DNA of 64,000 nt from an uncultured delta proteobacterium (GTDB taxonomy: Bacteria; Bdellovibrionota; FAC87; UBA2466): contig CAVZSV010000004.1 in the NCBI GenBank assembly GCA_963778115.1, forward strand, positions 32,001 through 96,000. Direction: 5' to 3'. Made by a program: the position numbers and the translations under genes. This document shows, piece after piece, positions 10,001-19,659 of this stretch. The notes beneath the pieces were generated by a model. The model was not told the DNA's origin, did not search any database, and saw only the letters and a program-made list of their open reading frames with translations. Numbering within the stretch: the first letter of the stretch is position 1; each line of letters opens with the position of its first letter.

Positions 10001-10118
10001 GCACTACGGTATCCCCGTACCTGGCCAGTACTGACGCATCGGCTTGTTTAGCGATATGTCCTGTTTGGAGGGTTAAAGTTCGACCACCGTAGTCTAAGCT
10101 AACTTCCACTACGCCCAT
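7077..10118 (-). CDS. pnp: Polyribonucleotide nucleotidyltransferase with a ~310-aa low-complexity C-terminal extension
   Basis: RNase PH domains (DFFPLTVD, RREIGHG, ESNGSSSMAS, DHLGDMDFKV), KH and S1 domains, then an R/D/G/E-rich tail. Confidence 0.98.
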   Translation of the reverse strand: MGVVEVSLDYGGRTLTLQTGHIAKQADASVLARYGDTVVLVAVVAGKKVKEGQDFFPLTVDFQEKYYAAGRIPGGFFKREAKPSDRATLSARLIDRPLRPLFPEDFLCDCNVTVTVLCIDNVNEADIVASIAASAALHISDIPWSGPIGTCRVGQIDGEFVANPPPADQPESTVDLLVSGVKTGIIMVEGGAKEVSEATLTGALDFAHEQNQRVIALIEELREKTGNKAKRDYDKPLRDEALKKQIKTFAWTPFSNAFSIREKLLRYEALSELKKTVKDKFAVAEPKSSAEVAKNKLVEFYFDELKATYARELTLESKKRIDGRAYNAIRDITCEVGVLPRVHGTGLFTRGETQVLSALTLGTSDDEQKIDAISGAYQKTFLLHYNFPPFSVGEARPLRPPGRREIGHGHLAERSLQYVIPSKEVFPYTIRIVAEVLESNGSSSMASVCSGSLALMDAGVPIQKAVAGVAMGLIKEGEQVAVLSDILGDEDHLGDMDFKVCGTADGVTGFQMDLKIGGVSREIMEQALAQAREGRLHVLEKMNAILAQPRTEMSPFAPRIHTIKIKPDKVREVIGSGGKVIRGIIEQTGVKIDIEDDGSIHIASTDEESAQKAIAIIQGITEEPEIGRIYEGRVSRIAEFGAFVEIIPGTDGLVHISELEHHRVRRVEDVVKEGDVIKVKCLDVDSQGKIRLSRKALLPKDGGGGDEGGGGPRAEASEAREERDRGDRPERTERPDRPERNDRSDRPDRGDRGGDRGGRGDRGGRGDRGGRSEGRHQESRGREHDSRPSFGRDRNDRNERNDRGPVRPGRSERTERPERTSSGSASERPAGGRGPGRSDRGDFDRGGERIGSDRGGDRGNRFDRPERGNERGFRGPREPERGIDRGFDRTPDRGADRGFDRPDRQERAERGDVDPERQERMARNERIDRNTLSVRAERDAREEKDFDRGREPYFDRDRNGPTEDRGNRRGGGDRGGRGPAQGDRGAREPRQGRSEPGFPRFRSRTAGDEEENE

Positions 10119-10184
10119 AGATGATTGCCTCTTTTTTCTTTCCGCTGCTTACGGGAATTTTTGGGCGGTATGCCCTTCCCGCAT

Positions 10185-10454
10185 TTATTTACGAATGTTC
10201 AATCGCTCGATTACTTTCTTGTATCGAGTAGCATCCGTGTTTTTCAGATAATCGAGGAGGCGACGACGACGTCCGACGAGCTGAAGAAGTCCCCGACGGG
10301 AATGATGGTCCTTCTTGTGCTCTTTAAAGTGCGGAGTCAGTTCATTGATCCGCTCTGTCAGCAAAGCCACCTGAATTTCTGGTGATCCGGTATCTCTTTC
10401 GTGAACCCGATATCCGGTAATGACCTCTGTTTTCTTAACTTTCGTAAGACTCAA
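10185..10454 (-). CDS. rpsO: 30S ribosomal protein S15
   Basis: [28 protein letters not shown] start. Confidence 0.98.
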   Translation of the reverse strand: MSLTKVKKTEVITGYRVHERDTGSPEIQVALLTERINELTPHFKEHKKDHHSRRGLLQLVGRRRRLLDYLKNTDATRYKKVIERLNIRK

Positions 10455-10473
10455 TGTAACCTCTTAGATCCCT

Positions 10474-11256
10474 TTAATTTAGCAAGCTATTACCATTGTT
10501 ATTTCTCATTTGCAATTGAGGATCCTTGGAAAGGGCTCCCCCATTTCGAACAAGTCCTTCGGTCCTAAGCAAGCGGACATAGTTGTGAAACCCTTGATTC
10601 ATCGCCAGCGGCAAATCCGACGCGATGGTCTCCAAAGTTCCGCTGTCGGCGAGAGTAAACTCGCCACACGTCAGCCGCCTCAATTCAGCCAAATGGGCGA
10701 CCGTACCCAGCCGCTTGCCGATATCATCAGCAAGACTGCGGATGTAAGTTCCTTTGGAACAGTGCACCTCAAAATGGATGAAGGGCGGCTCCCAGCCAAG
10801 AAAATCCATGCGGTAAAGCTGAACGGGAATGGGAAGGCGCCGAACATTTATATTTTGGCGCGCTAGCGAATACAGTCTCACCCCGTTTACCTTCTTGGCG
10901 CTAAACATGGGGGGGGTTTGCATCCATTCCCCTTCATAGCTCTTAAGAAGGCTCTCAATTTCGGCCTCAAGTAGCTCCGGAACGGGCATCTGTTTGTCTA
11001 TCTTGCCCGTGCGATCCATGCTGTCGGTCGATTCTCCCAGCTTCACTTTGGCCCGATAGCTCTTATCCGCATTCAAAAGCGCGTTAGAGAGCTTGGTAGC
11101 TCTCCCCAAGAGCAAAATGAGCACGCCACTTGCAAAAGGGTCTAGGCTCCCCGTATGGCCCACTTTCGTATCGCCGACTAGCCGCTTCACCTGACGAACC
11201 ACATCGAAACTTGTTGGTCCCGGAGACTTATCAATCACTAATAGCGCTTCTCTCAT
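10474..11256 (-). CDS. truB: tRNA pseudouridine(55) synthase
   Basis: KVGHTGSLDPFASGVL, QTPPMFSAKK, CSKGTYIRSL. Confidence 0.96.
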   Translation of the reverse strand: MREALLVIDKSPGPTSFDVVRQVKRLVGDTKVGHTGSLDPFASGVLILLLGRATKLSNALLNADKSYRAKVKLGESTDSMDRTGKIDKQMPVPELLEAEIESLLKSYEGEWMQTPPMFSAKKVNGVRLYSLARQNINVRRLPIPVQLYRMDFLGWEPPFIHFEVHCSKGTYIRSLADDIGKRLGTVAHLAELRRLTCGEFTLADSGTLETIASDLPLAMNQGFHNYVRLLRTEGLVRNGGALSKDPQLQMRNNNGNSLLN

Positions 11257-11624
11257 GTCGTCTCCAAATCCTTTGGCGTTTCCTTTTGCACCTCGTGCAA
11301 AAGAGTAAACACTCGGTCTACCGAGTCATTATGGGTATCTTCTTCAAATTCCAATGAGGGGACGTAACGTAAATCGAGATTGTCCCCCAACTTTCTGCGA
11401 AAGAACGGCATCGCTCGACTCAACCCTCGCTGAATATCCTTTGCCTTTAGCTTGGTATCCCCAAGCGAAAAAAAGACTCTAGCGTGCTTTAAGTCCTTAC
11501 TCAATTCAACTTCGTTAACCTGGAGAACAGAAAGTGCCGGATCGGCTATCTCTTCCAACAGAATCTTAGCTAGCTCCGCTCGAATCATCGAGGCCACCCG
11601 CTGCGTGCGCCGACTGTTGTCCAT
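11253..11624 (-). CDS. rbfA: Ribosome-binding factor A
   Basis: RRTQRVASMI, VELSKDLKHARVF, LRYVPSLEF; lies between infB and truB. Confidence 0.95.
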   Translation of the reverse strand: MDNSRRTQRVASMIRAELAKILLEEIADPALSVLQVNEVELSKDLKHARVFFSLGDTKLKAKDIQRGLSRAMPFFRRKLGDNLDLRYVPSLEFEEDTHNDSVDRVFTLLHEVQKETPKDLETT

Positions 11625-14276
11625 CTACAAAGTGCCCTTCACTTCTTCCTTAATGAAGGCCTCGAATTGGTCGCCGTTCTTTAAGTCGTTAAAGCCTTCT
11701 AATCCAATTCCGCACTCAAATCCCTGGGCGACCTCTCTAACGTCCTCTTTAAAACGTTTCAAAGATGAAATCTTGCCTTCATAAACCACCCGACTGTCTC
11801 TGAGCAGACGAAGGAAGCAACCGCGCTGTACTTTCCCGTCGATAACCGCACTGCCTGCGATAGTTCCAATCTTGGGAATGTGGAATACGTTGCGGACTTC
11901 GGCCCGTCCGATGACCTTTTCCTTGTGTCCAACGATAAGTAGCCCTTCCAGCATCTTCTTAACGTCTTCGAGCAAGTCGTAGATGATGCTGTACGTTTTT
12001 AAATCCACGCCTTCGGCATCCGCAAGTTTCTGAGCCTTGACGTCGGGCCTCACGTTAAACCCCAAGATGACAGCCCTACTTGCGGCCGCCAAATTCACAT
12101 CACTCTCGGTAATTCCGCCGGTTCCCCCGTGAAGCAATTTCAACTTCACTTTGTCCGAGGGGAATTTGGAAAGAGCTTCTTTTAAGGCTTCGGCCGAACC
12201 TTGGGCGTCGGCTTTCAAAATAACCCTAAGCTCGCCCTCGGTAGCCGTCGCCGACATAATGTCTTCGAGCGTCAGCTTCGCCGTCGGAGACTCCCCGCTG
12301 CGTTGGCGATACAAATTACGACGAGCCTGCGTCAGCTCTTTCGCATTTTTCTCGTCTACTACGACAAACAGCTCGTCGCCCACGTTGGGAACTTCAGGAA
12401 GTCCTAAAATTTCCACAGGGTCACTGGGGCCGGCTTCTTTAACCCGTTCTCCCAAAGAGTTGGTCATCGCGCGAATTTTACCGAAGGTCACTCCGCAAGC
12501 GACGTTATCACCGGCTTTGAGCTTGCCGTGCTGAACTAATACAGTCGCCATGACCCCTTTATTCTTATCGAGTTTAGATTCGATGATAATACCCCGGGCC
12601 GGCGCTTCGAAATTAGCTTTCAGCTCCAAGAGCTCAGCTTGTAATAAAATACTCTCAAGGAGTTTATCTAAACCGATTCCTGTCTTGGCCGAGACATTGA
12701 CGTAAATGGTATCGCCACCCCACTCTTCGGGATTAAGTCCCTGGCCCGCCAGAGTCTGCTTAATACGATCGGGATTTCCGTCAGGCAGATCCACTTTATT
12801 TACCGCTACAATAATGGGCACATTGCCCGCCTTGGCGTGATTGATCGACTCCGACGTTTGCGGCATGACACCGTCTACGGCGGAGACGACAACGACCACG
12901 ATATCGGTCACTTTGGCTCCGCGCGCGCGCATCGCCGTGAAAGCCTCGTGACCCGGAGTATCAATGAACGCTATCTTACCTTTGGGCAATTGGACGGTAT
13001 AAGCACCCACATGCTGGGTAATTCCTCCCGCTTCACCAGCCGCCACTTTGGTCTTACGAATCGCGTCGAGAAGACTCGTCTTTCCGTGATCGACGTGCCC
13101 CATGATGGTCACTACAGGCGCTCGAGGTTGTAGCTTCTCGGGGCTTACATCTTGTACGGGAACGAATTCATCTTCTTTAAATATTTTCTGCTTTATTTCG
13201 TAGCCAAACTCTTGGGCAACGAGGCTCGCCGTATCGTGATCGATGTTCTGATTGAGGGTCGCCTGAGCGCCCATTCCCATAAGTTTAGAGATGATGGCCG
13301 TCCCTTTGACACCCATCTCTTTGGCAAGTTCCGCTACCGTAATGTTTTCGCCCATCTCGACAACCCGTTTATGGGCACCCGGTGTGGTCAGAATAGTTTT
13401 CATCGCGGGCCGATTGATGACCGTTTTCTTCTTCTTGGTCGAGTGGACGAGTTCACGCTTCAAGAAGTCGGCGCTCTTAAAAGCGCCAGTCTGTCTTTCG
13501 ACAATTCGTCTTTTGGTATCCTTGGCAACTTCCGCGGGGACCAGTTCAATCTCCTGGACCCGTTTGGGCATTCCTGTTTTTGCAGCGTCGGTAGCCGCCG
13601 TGGCTCCCGCTTTTGCACCCGCGGCTGTTTTGGTACCCGGCTTTTCCTCTTTTTTCACTGGTGTCGGCGGCTTAGGTCCGACCTTTTCGCCCAAATACTG
13701 CTCGGTCGCTACCTTCTTAATGATGGAAGGATAGCTGCGGCGAGGCTTTGCAGGAGCAACTACGGGTTTGCCTTCGCTGGCAACCGGAGCTGCGGTGCTC
13801 GGAGCGGCACTTGACACTGCTGCAGGGGTTTCTAAGACTTCAACAGACTCCTCTTCTTCGGGAGCGGCTTCAACGGAGGTCTCCTCGGAACTAGTTTCAG
13901 AAAACTCTTCGGTTGCTTCCGCCATTGCTGGCGCTTCGGCCGCAGAGGCTTCCATTGCTTCAGTCACTTCGGGCTCAGTTGGCGCTTCGGTGGCTTCTAC
14001 TTTGTCGGTCGCTTTGGCCCGACGTCTAATGACAGTCGCTCCCACTCGTTTTTCCGTTACCGGTGATTTCCCGGGAACCGGGACTGCGGCCTTCGTAGAG
14101 GCGGTCAAAGGGCGCTGTTTGCGGTAGTACTCGCGAATGTTGCGAACCTCTTCGGTTCCCAAAACACTCATGGGATTCTTGATATCGATACCGAGTCGTT
14201 GAATAACATCCACCAGGTGCTGACTGTCCTGGCCGAGTTCTTTCGCTAACTCATAGACTTTTAGTTTAGTGGACAT
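11625..14276 (-). CDS. infB: Translation initiation factor IF-2
   Basis: [44 protein letters not shown]. Confidence 0.98.
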   Translation of the reverse strand: MSTKLKVYELAKELGQDSQHLVDVIQRLGIDIKNPMSVLGTEEVRNIREYYRKQRPLTASTKAAVPVPGKSPVTEKRVGATVIRRRAKATDKVEATEAPTEPEVTEAMEASAAEAPAMAEATEEFSETSSEETSVEAAPEEEESVEVLETPAAVSSAAPSTAAPVASEGKPVVAPAKPRRSYPSIIKKVATEQYLGEKVGPKPPTPVKKEEKPGTKTAAGAKAGATAATDAAKTGMPKRVQEIELVPAEVAKDTKRRIVERQTGAFKSADFLKRELVHSTKKKKTVINRPAMKTILTTPGAHKRVVEMGENITVAELAKEMGVKGTAIISKLMGMGAQATLNQNIDHDTASLVAQEFGYEIKQKIFKEDEFVPVQDVSPEKLQPRAPVVTIMGHVDHGKTSLLDAIRKTKVAAGEAGGITQHVGAYTVQLPKGKIAFIDTPGHEAFTAMRARGAKVTDIVVVVVSAVDGVMPQTSESINHAKAGNVPIIVAVNKVDLPDGNPDRIKQTLAGQGLNPEEWGGDTIYVNVSAKTGIGLDKLLESILLQAELLELKANFEAPARGIIIESKLDKNKGVMATVLVQHGKLKAGDNVACGVTFGKIRAMTNSLGERVKEAGPSDPVEILGLPEVPNVGDELFVVVDEKNAKELTQARRNLYRQRSGESPTAKLTLEDIMSATATEGELRVILKADAQGSAEALKEALSKFPSDKVKLKLLHGGTGGITESDVNLAAASRAVILGFNVRPDVKAQKLADAEGVDLKTYSIIYDLLEDVKKMLEGLLIVGHKEKVIGRAEVRNVFHIPKIGTIAGSAVIDGKVQRGCFLRLLRDSRVVYEGKISSLKRFKEDVREVAQGFECGIGLEGFNDLKNGDQFEAFIKEEVKGTL

Positions 14277-15749
14277 TTATTCCTTTGCGTTGGTACTTCC
14301 CGCGGCTTCCGTTGTGGTCTTCGTTGTTTCGGGTTCCGTTGCTGCGCTGCTAGCAGCGGCCTCCGTTTTTGCGGTGTTTTCGCTGCTCTTCTTGCGGTCC
14401 TCATGCGCTTTTACCTCCGCCTTCAACCGAGCAAAGACATCGTCGGTAGAAGGTTTCGCCGCCACCGCAGCAAGCCTAGCCGCTTCGTTTAGTTTCGCTG
14501 CCATCTCCGCTAGCTTGCCGGAGCTGATAAACTTCGCAGCGTTCTCCTTAATCTCTTTGGCCTTTTCCTCGGTAAACCCGGGAACGGTCATGAGGTTGGG
14601 GATTTCAACGTTCACCAACTGCTCCACCGTAAAGCCGAAATGGTACAAGCTCTGAGCCAATGTGTCATTCATGCCTTCAACTCCCATTAAAAGGGTCTTG
14701 GCATCATCGAGACGCTTGGTCATGCGTGTTTCGGAAAGGATATCCAATTTCCATCCGGTCAAAATAGAAGCAAGCTTTACGTTTTGCCCGCGTTTTCCGA
14801 TGGCAAGCGAGAGCTGATTATCCGCGACGACAATCTCCATGGCATGGTTCTCGTCGTCTAAAAGGACCTTTACCACTTCGGCGGGTGCCAAAGCGTTACA
14901 GACGAAACGCGTTTCGTTTTCATCCCAAGGTACGATATCAATTTTTTCGCCTCGTAGCTCTTGGACGACATTTTGAACTCTGGCCCCTTTAACACCGACG
15001 CAGGCGCCCACCGGATCAACATCCGGATCGCTAGAGCTGACGGCGATCTTGGCGCGGATGCCGGGCTCCCGTGCCGCACTCTTAATGGTAACGATCCCCT
15101 CATTCACCTCAGGGACCTCCTGTTTAAAGAGTTGGACCAGCAGTTCCGGACACGTTCTAGAGAGCACAATTTTTGGACCGCGCGGGGTCTGCTGCACGTC
15201 GATCAAAAAACCCATGACTCTATCGCCGGGGCGATAGTGTTCACCAGGAATCTGTTCGCGGGCGGGCAAAATCGCATCGGTTCGTCCTAAATCGACGACT
15301 AAACATCCCTTTTCGATCCGACGGCAAACGCCGCTCACCACTTCGCCCTTACGAACGTTAAATTCTTTAAAGATGATATCCCGCTCGGCATCTCTTACCT
15401 TCTGGATGATAACTTGCTTTGCCGTCTGCGCGGCAATGCGGCCGAATTCCGAGGAATCAAGCTTCACTCCGATACTGTCTCCCACAGTGACATCGGGATC
15501 CAACTTCTGAGCATCCGCATGGGCAATTTCGGTATCTGAGTTGGCCGCCTCTTCGACGACCGTCTTAAATTGAAATAGTTCTATCTCGCCCAAATCTTCG
15601 TTGAAATGCGCCTCGATCTCTTTTTCTAAGCCATATTTTTTCTTGGCGGCCATAAGAAGTGCCGACTCAAGGGCATCCACCAGGACTGCTTTATCGATCC
15701 CTTTGTCCTTCTCGACCTGCTCTATTACTCTACCTAATTCTGAAGCCAT
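14277..15749 (-). CDS. nusA: Transcription termination/antitermination factor NusA
   Basis: FGRIAAQTAKQ, AREPGIRAKIAV, SLAIGKRGQNVKLA. Confidence 0.98.
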   Translation of the reverse strand: MASELGRVIEQVEKDKGIDKAVLVDALESALLMAAKKKYGLEKEIEAHFNEDLGEIELFQFKTVVEEAANSDTEIAHADAQKLDPDVTVGDSIGVKLDSSEFGRIAAQTAKQVIIQKVRDAERDIIFKEFNVRKGEVVSGVCRRIEKGCLVVDLGRTDAILPAREQIPGEHYRPGDRVMGFLIDVQQTPRGPKIVLSRTCPELLVQLFKQEVPEVNEGIVTIKSAAREPGIRAKIAVSSSDPDVDPVGACVGVKGARVQNVVQELRGEKIDIVPWDENETRFVCNALAPAEVVKVLLDDENHAMEIVVADNQLSLAIGKRGQNVKLASILTGWKLDILSETRMTKRLDDAKTLLMGVEGMNDTLAQSLYHFGFTVEQLVNVEIPNLMTVPGFTEEKAKEIKENAAKFISSGKLAEMAAKLNEAARLAAVAAKPSTDDVFARLKAEVKAHEDRKKSSENTAKTEAAASSAATEPETTKTTTEAAGSTNAKE

Positions 15750-15863
15750 ATTGGTTTGTCCTTTTATCCTTCTATCTAATACAACAGCGGCAGTGTGCTC
15801 CTACGTGACTCCAAGGTCCGCTATCTTCTAAATCAATTGGACCGACTGCGCTAGTAGCAATCA

Positions 15864-16439
15864 CTAAGCAACCGTTCCCGTCCTCGTACTAGGCCCGTTA
15901 CCCTTTGCTCCACTGAAGTCGGGAACGAGATTGGCCTGTTTGATTTGTCCAAGGGCGACTACCACTTCATCCTTTTCTATTTTCATGACCAAATTCCCGG
16001 GATCCACTTTCAGTAAGGTTCCCGAGATATTCGCTCCGCGAGGCAAAAGCCTTTCGTTGAGCTTTAACTTTACTTCTTTTCCGACAAAGCGCTCGAAATC
16101 CGCTCGAAGTCGCAACCGTCGGTCCATTCCAGGGGATGAGACCTCAAGATCGTAACCCCCTGGAAACCAATCAGCCCTTACCCCATCTTCGCCGGCCGCT
16201 TGAGCGTCTATTACATCGAAAGCTGCACTTATTTTACGGCTCGCTTGCGCACAGTTTTCCAAAGAAACCATGGCAGAGGCGGGTTCGCCTTCGATACGTT
16301 CAATGAAAAGTCTCACTAAAGATCGCCCACTGACCCTGCAATCCACATCCACCACACGAAGGCCTAGATCCCCAATAGCGGCCTCGACAATAGCTAATAC
16401 TTTCAATTCAAGAGCTGTTTTTGAAATAGAATCAGCCAC
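15864..16439 (-). CDS. rimP: Ribosome maturation factor RimP
   Basis: YDLEVSSPGMDRRL..DFERFVG; first gene of the nusA-infB operon. Confidence 0.95.
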   Translation of the reverse strand: MADSISKTALELKVLAIVEAAIGDLGLRVVDVDCRVSGRSLVRLFIERIEGEPASAMVSLENCAQASRKISAAFDVIDAQAAGEDGVRADWFPGGYDLEVSSPGMDRRLRLRADFERFVGKEVKLKLNERLLPRGANISGTLLKVDPGNLVMKIEKDEVVVALGQIKQANLVPDFSGAKGNGPSTRTGTVA

Positions 16440-16493
16440 TTAACGCAACCTCTGGGGGTCCCACGTCAACCAACGGTGGTCATACAAAGGGTT

Positions 16494-16523
16494 AAAAAAC
16501 AAAAAGCGGGCCTAGCCCGCTTT
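16494..16523 (-). terminator. Hairpin plus U-tract upstream of rimP (rimP-leader-type attenuator or PBP1A terminator)
   Basis: Minus strand AAAGCGGGC-TAG-GCCCGCTTT followed by TTGTTTTTT, ~55 nt upstream of rimP. Confidence 0.7.
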
Positions 16524-16619
16524 CGTAATAACCACTCAAGTGCGATGGTTTTAACAGCTTTTTTCGGCAAAAACAAGTTTCTGATGGGAAGCAATGGCTA
16601 GAAAAAAAGGAATGGCTGG

Positions 16620-19310
16620 CTAATTCTGATACCCCTCGCGCAAGAAATCGCCGGTATCATCTTGTTTTTCGGGAGCGGGCGGGGCTTCCCCGGCCGTTCC
16701 CTGAGAGGCGGGCGCCGGAGATCCCGGACTGCCAACACTTCCCGCCGTCGGATTGGGATTGGCGGCCACGGGGTTGACGTGAGTCGTGCCCGGCTCGCCG
16801 ATGCGAGGTAAATTCGAACTATCACGATTGGGAACCGTACCCACTTTAAAAGCGACTCGAACTCGTCTGGGATCCACGGCGGAGGCCAAATGGCCTGAGT
16901 CCTTATTCACATAAGCAAATACAATGTCATCGGGAATGGGAAAATCGTTCTTGGGATAATACCGGACTGCTGAAGTCATGAACTCGGCCCAAATCGGGGT
17001 GGCGGCCCGTCCGCCGGTCTCACCGACGTCGAGCGGTTTGTCTTTATCGAAACCTACCCAGACGCCGGAAACCAAATACGGAGTGTACCCCACGAACCAC
17101 GCGTCTCTTTGATCGTTGGAAGTTCCAGTCTTTCCGGCGACCGGTGCAGGGACTGCCGAAGCGCCATGTCCTGTCCCTTCTCTGATGACCCCTTTAAGCA
17201 TGTCGGTCATGACGTAAGCCGTCTGAGGAGAGATCACCAATCCCTGCTGCGCCAGATCGGGATTGGAAGAAGGCGGGGGCAAGTCTTTCAGGTCGGGAGC
17301 GTTGCCTGGGTGTTCCGCCGGCAGCTCCTCTAAAACCTGACCTTTTTCGTCCTCTACTTTCTTAATGTAGTTAAGCACCACCGGCTTTCCCAAACGTGGA
17401 AAGATCGCATATGCCCGCATGATCTCTTCAAGGCTACTCGACCAAGAGCCAAGACCTATCGAAAGATCGCGGGGCAACGCGGCTGTGATACCCAAAGTTC
17501 TTGCGTACTGAATGCCGTAGTCGATGGTGATCTCATTTAAAACCTTAACCGTAGGAATATTCATCGAGTGGATCAAAGCCTCTCTCAAAGGAATATCCCC
17601 TTCGAATTTTCCTGAATAGTTTCTGGGGCGCCAGTCCTCTCCCTGACTGTCGGCATCGAGCTTATTTTCGAATTTAAAGACCAAAGGCGAGTCGGTTACT
17701 ACCGAAGAAGGCGAAAACCCCTTATCAATGGCGGCTGCGTAAACGAGCGGCTTGAACGTCGAACCCACTTGTCTTTTGGCGTGGAGCGCTCGATTAAATT
17801 TACTGGTATCAAAATCCCGGCCACCCACCATCGCTCGAACCATTCCGGTTTGAACGTCGTAGGAAAGCATCGCTCCTTGGACTTCGGGTTCCTGTTCCAA
17901 AGTGGCCGTTGCTTGATTGGCCCTGCGATCGATCTTGTCCACCTTAACTTCGATCATGTCGTTCGGATGAAGAACCTGAGAGAGAGCCCGAACCGGCCTC
18001 TCGTCTATCTTCACCCAATCCATCGCGGAAAAAGGAAGGGTTACCGTCGTATGTCCAATCCAAACATGCGCGATACCTCGGGAATCATCCACATCGGCGA
18101 CCACCCCGTTATAAAACTGCCCTTCCGCGACTGGTGTGGCTCCAAAATACGGGCTACCCTTGGCTTGAAACATGGAAAGATCGTAATCGAGCTTTTTCTG
18201 ATTAGCGTCGACATTGGAAGCAAGCACTCTGACTCGAGTTATTTTTTCAATCACCTTTCCGTGGACATCGTCTAAATACTTCGCCAGCTCCTCGGGACTA
18301 CCGATACGAGATTTCACTCCCCGCCAGCCTAGTCTCTTATCGACGGCCCGAAGCCCTCGATCCATGGAGTTTTCCGCATCTTTTTGAAGATCGTAGCGGA
18401 CCGTGGTGTAGACTTTAAATCCTTGGCTTAACACGTTTTCAGAGCCGTATTTGCTCATCAGATATTGTCTTACGTACTCGGTAAAATACGGGGCCGCTCG
18501 GTTATTCAACTCTTCTAACGCATAAAGTTTCAAAGGTTCATTGAGCGCTTCGTTGGCCTGCGCTTCGGTAATAAACTTCTCTTCAGCCATTCGCTTTAAA
18601 ACGTAGCGTTGGCGACGCTTGGCTAAATAAGGATTTCGAAACGGGTCCCACTCATTAGGGCGCTGTGGCAATCCCGCTAAGATCGAAGCTTCGGCTACGG
18701 TTAGCTGTTGAACGTGCTTGTTAAAGTAGTTTCGAGCGGCTGCCTCAATCCCAAAGGCACCGTGCCCCAAATAGATCTCACTTAGATAGAGAGCCAAGAT
18801 TTCGTTTTTGCTAAGCTCCTTCTCCATTCGATACGAAAGGATGATCTCTTTCACTTTGCGGCTTAGCTCTTTTTTCCGGGTCAGAAGAATACTTCGCGCG
18901 ACTTGCTGCGTAATCGTACTGCCACCTTGCGCGTAACGACCTTTTAAGACGTTTGAGATGACGGCACGAGCGATACCAGCAAAATCAACCCCCCCATGCT
19001 CGTAGAACTTGGCGTCCTCGGCGGCTAAAAAGGCTTGGATGACATGTTTGGGAATCGCTTCAAACTGGACGGGATAACGACGCTCCGTCGTGAATTCGCC
19101 AATGAGTTGCCCTTCGTCAGAAAAAACCTGCGTTGCGACTTCGTGATGAAAGTTCTTAAGAGAGGCGACATCCGGCAGGCTTGAAATAAACCGCTCGAAA
19201 AGCAAGAAGACGCCCAGACCAAAGAGGATAAGCCCCACGGTTGCCGCCACCGAAATGGTCTTAAATAAGCTACGCGTCATGGACGCAGGTTTAATGCGGG
19301 ATATTTTCAT
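16620..19310 (-). CDS. mrcA: Penicillin-binding protein 1A (bifunctional transglycosylase/transpeptidase)
   Basis: EDAKFYEHGG, QGGSTITQQ, RKVKE, GSTFKP (SxxK), SMN, KTG motifs; N-terminal membrane anchor. Confidence 0.95.
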   Translation of the reverse strand: MKISRIKPASMTRSLFKTISVAATVGLILFGLGVFLLFERFISSLPDVASLKNFHHEVATQVFSDEGQLIGEFTTERRYPVQFEAIPKHVIQAFLAAEDAKFYEHGGVDFAGIARAVISNVLKGRYAQGGSTITQQVARSILLTRKKELSRKVKEIILSYRMEKELSKNEILALYLSEIYLGHGAFGIEAAARNYFNKHVQQLTVAEASILAGLPQRPNEWDPFRNPYLAKRRQRYVLKRMAEEKFITEAQANEALNEPLKLYALEELNNRAAPYFTEYVRQYLMSKYGSENVLSQGFKVYTTVRYDLQKDAENSMDRGLRAVDKRLGWRGVKSRIGSPEELAKYLDDVHGKVIEKITRVRVLASNVDANQKKLDYDLSMFQAKGSPYFGATPVAEGQFYNGVVADVDDSRGIAHVWIGHTTVTLPFSAMDWVKIDERPVRALSQVLHPNDMIEVKVDKIDRRANQATATLEQEPEVQGAMLSYDVQTGMVRAMVGGRDFDTSKFNRALHAKRQVGSTFKPLVYAAAIDKGFSPSSVVTDSPLVFKFENKLDADSQGEDWRPRNYSGKFEGDIPLREALIHSMNIPTVKVLNEITIDYGIQYARTLGITAALPRDLSIGLGSWSSSLEEIMRAYAIFPRLGKPVVLNYIKKVEDEKGQVLEELPAEHPGNAPDLKDLPPPSSNPDLAQQGLVISPQTAYVMTDMLKGVIREGTGHGASAVPAPVAGKTGTSNDQRDAWFVGYTPYLVSGVWVGFDKDKPLDVGETGGRAATPIWAEFMTSAVRYYPKNDFPIPDDIVFAYVNKDSGHLASAVDPRRVRVAFKVGTVPNRDSSNLPRIGEPGTTHVNPVAANPNPTAGSVGSPGSPAPASQGTAGEAPPAPEKQDDTGDFLREGYQN

Positions 19311-19421
19311 AAAATCTCGTCACTAAGAAATAAGAGCATACCATAATCGGAGGTTCCAACTTTTTCGATTTTACCGTTAACGTCAATCGAACCTTCTCTT
19401 GACCTACGCTACGTCCGGTTT

Positions 19422-19637
19422 ATGCTTTCCCCCATGATGAAAAGAACCCTGACGGCCGAAGAGCTTGCTCCTACTCAACTTACGGTCACTTTAAAAAGCC
19501 ACATCGTAAGAGATCTCAAAGAAATGGAGCGCGTTTCCAAACAAAGCCTTGAAGAGATTGTCACTAAGGCGCTTCAAATGTTTATCGCCACCCACAGCGA
19601 CTACCTCGCCCGACCCAAGCTCACTCAGCAATCGTAA
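19422..19637 (+). CDS. Small hypothetical protein, possibly ribbon-helix-helix DNA-binding
   Basis: QLTVTL beta-strand followed by two helices (IVRDLKEMER, SLEEIVTKALQMFI). Confidence 0.5.
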   Translation: MLSPMMKRTLTAEELAPTQLTVTLKSHIVRDLKEMERVSKQSLEEIVTKALQMFIATHSDYLARPKLTQQS

Positions 19638-19659
19638 TCGTAGCGTCGTACGTTTCTCG

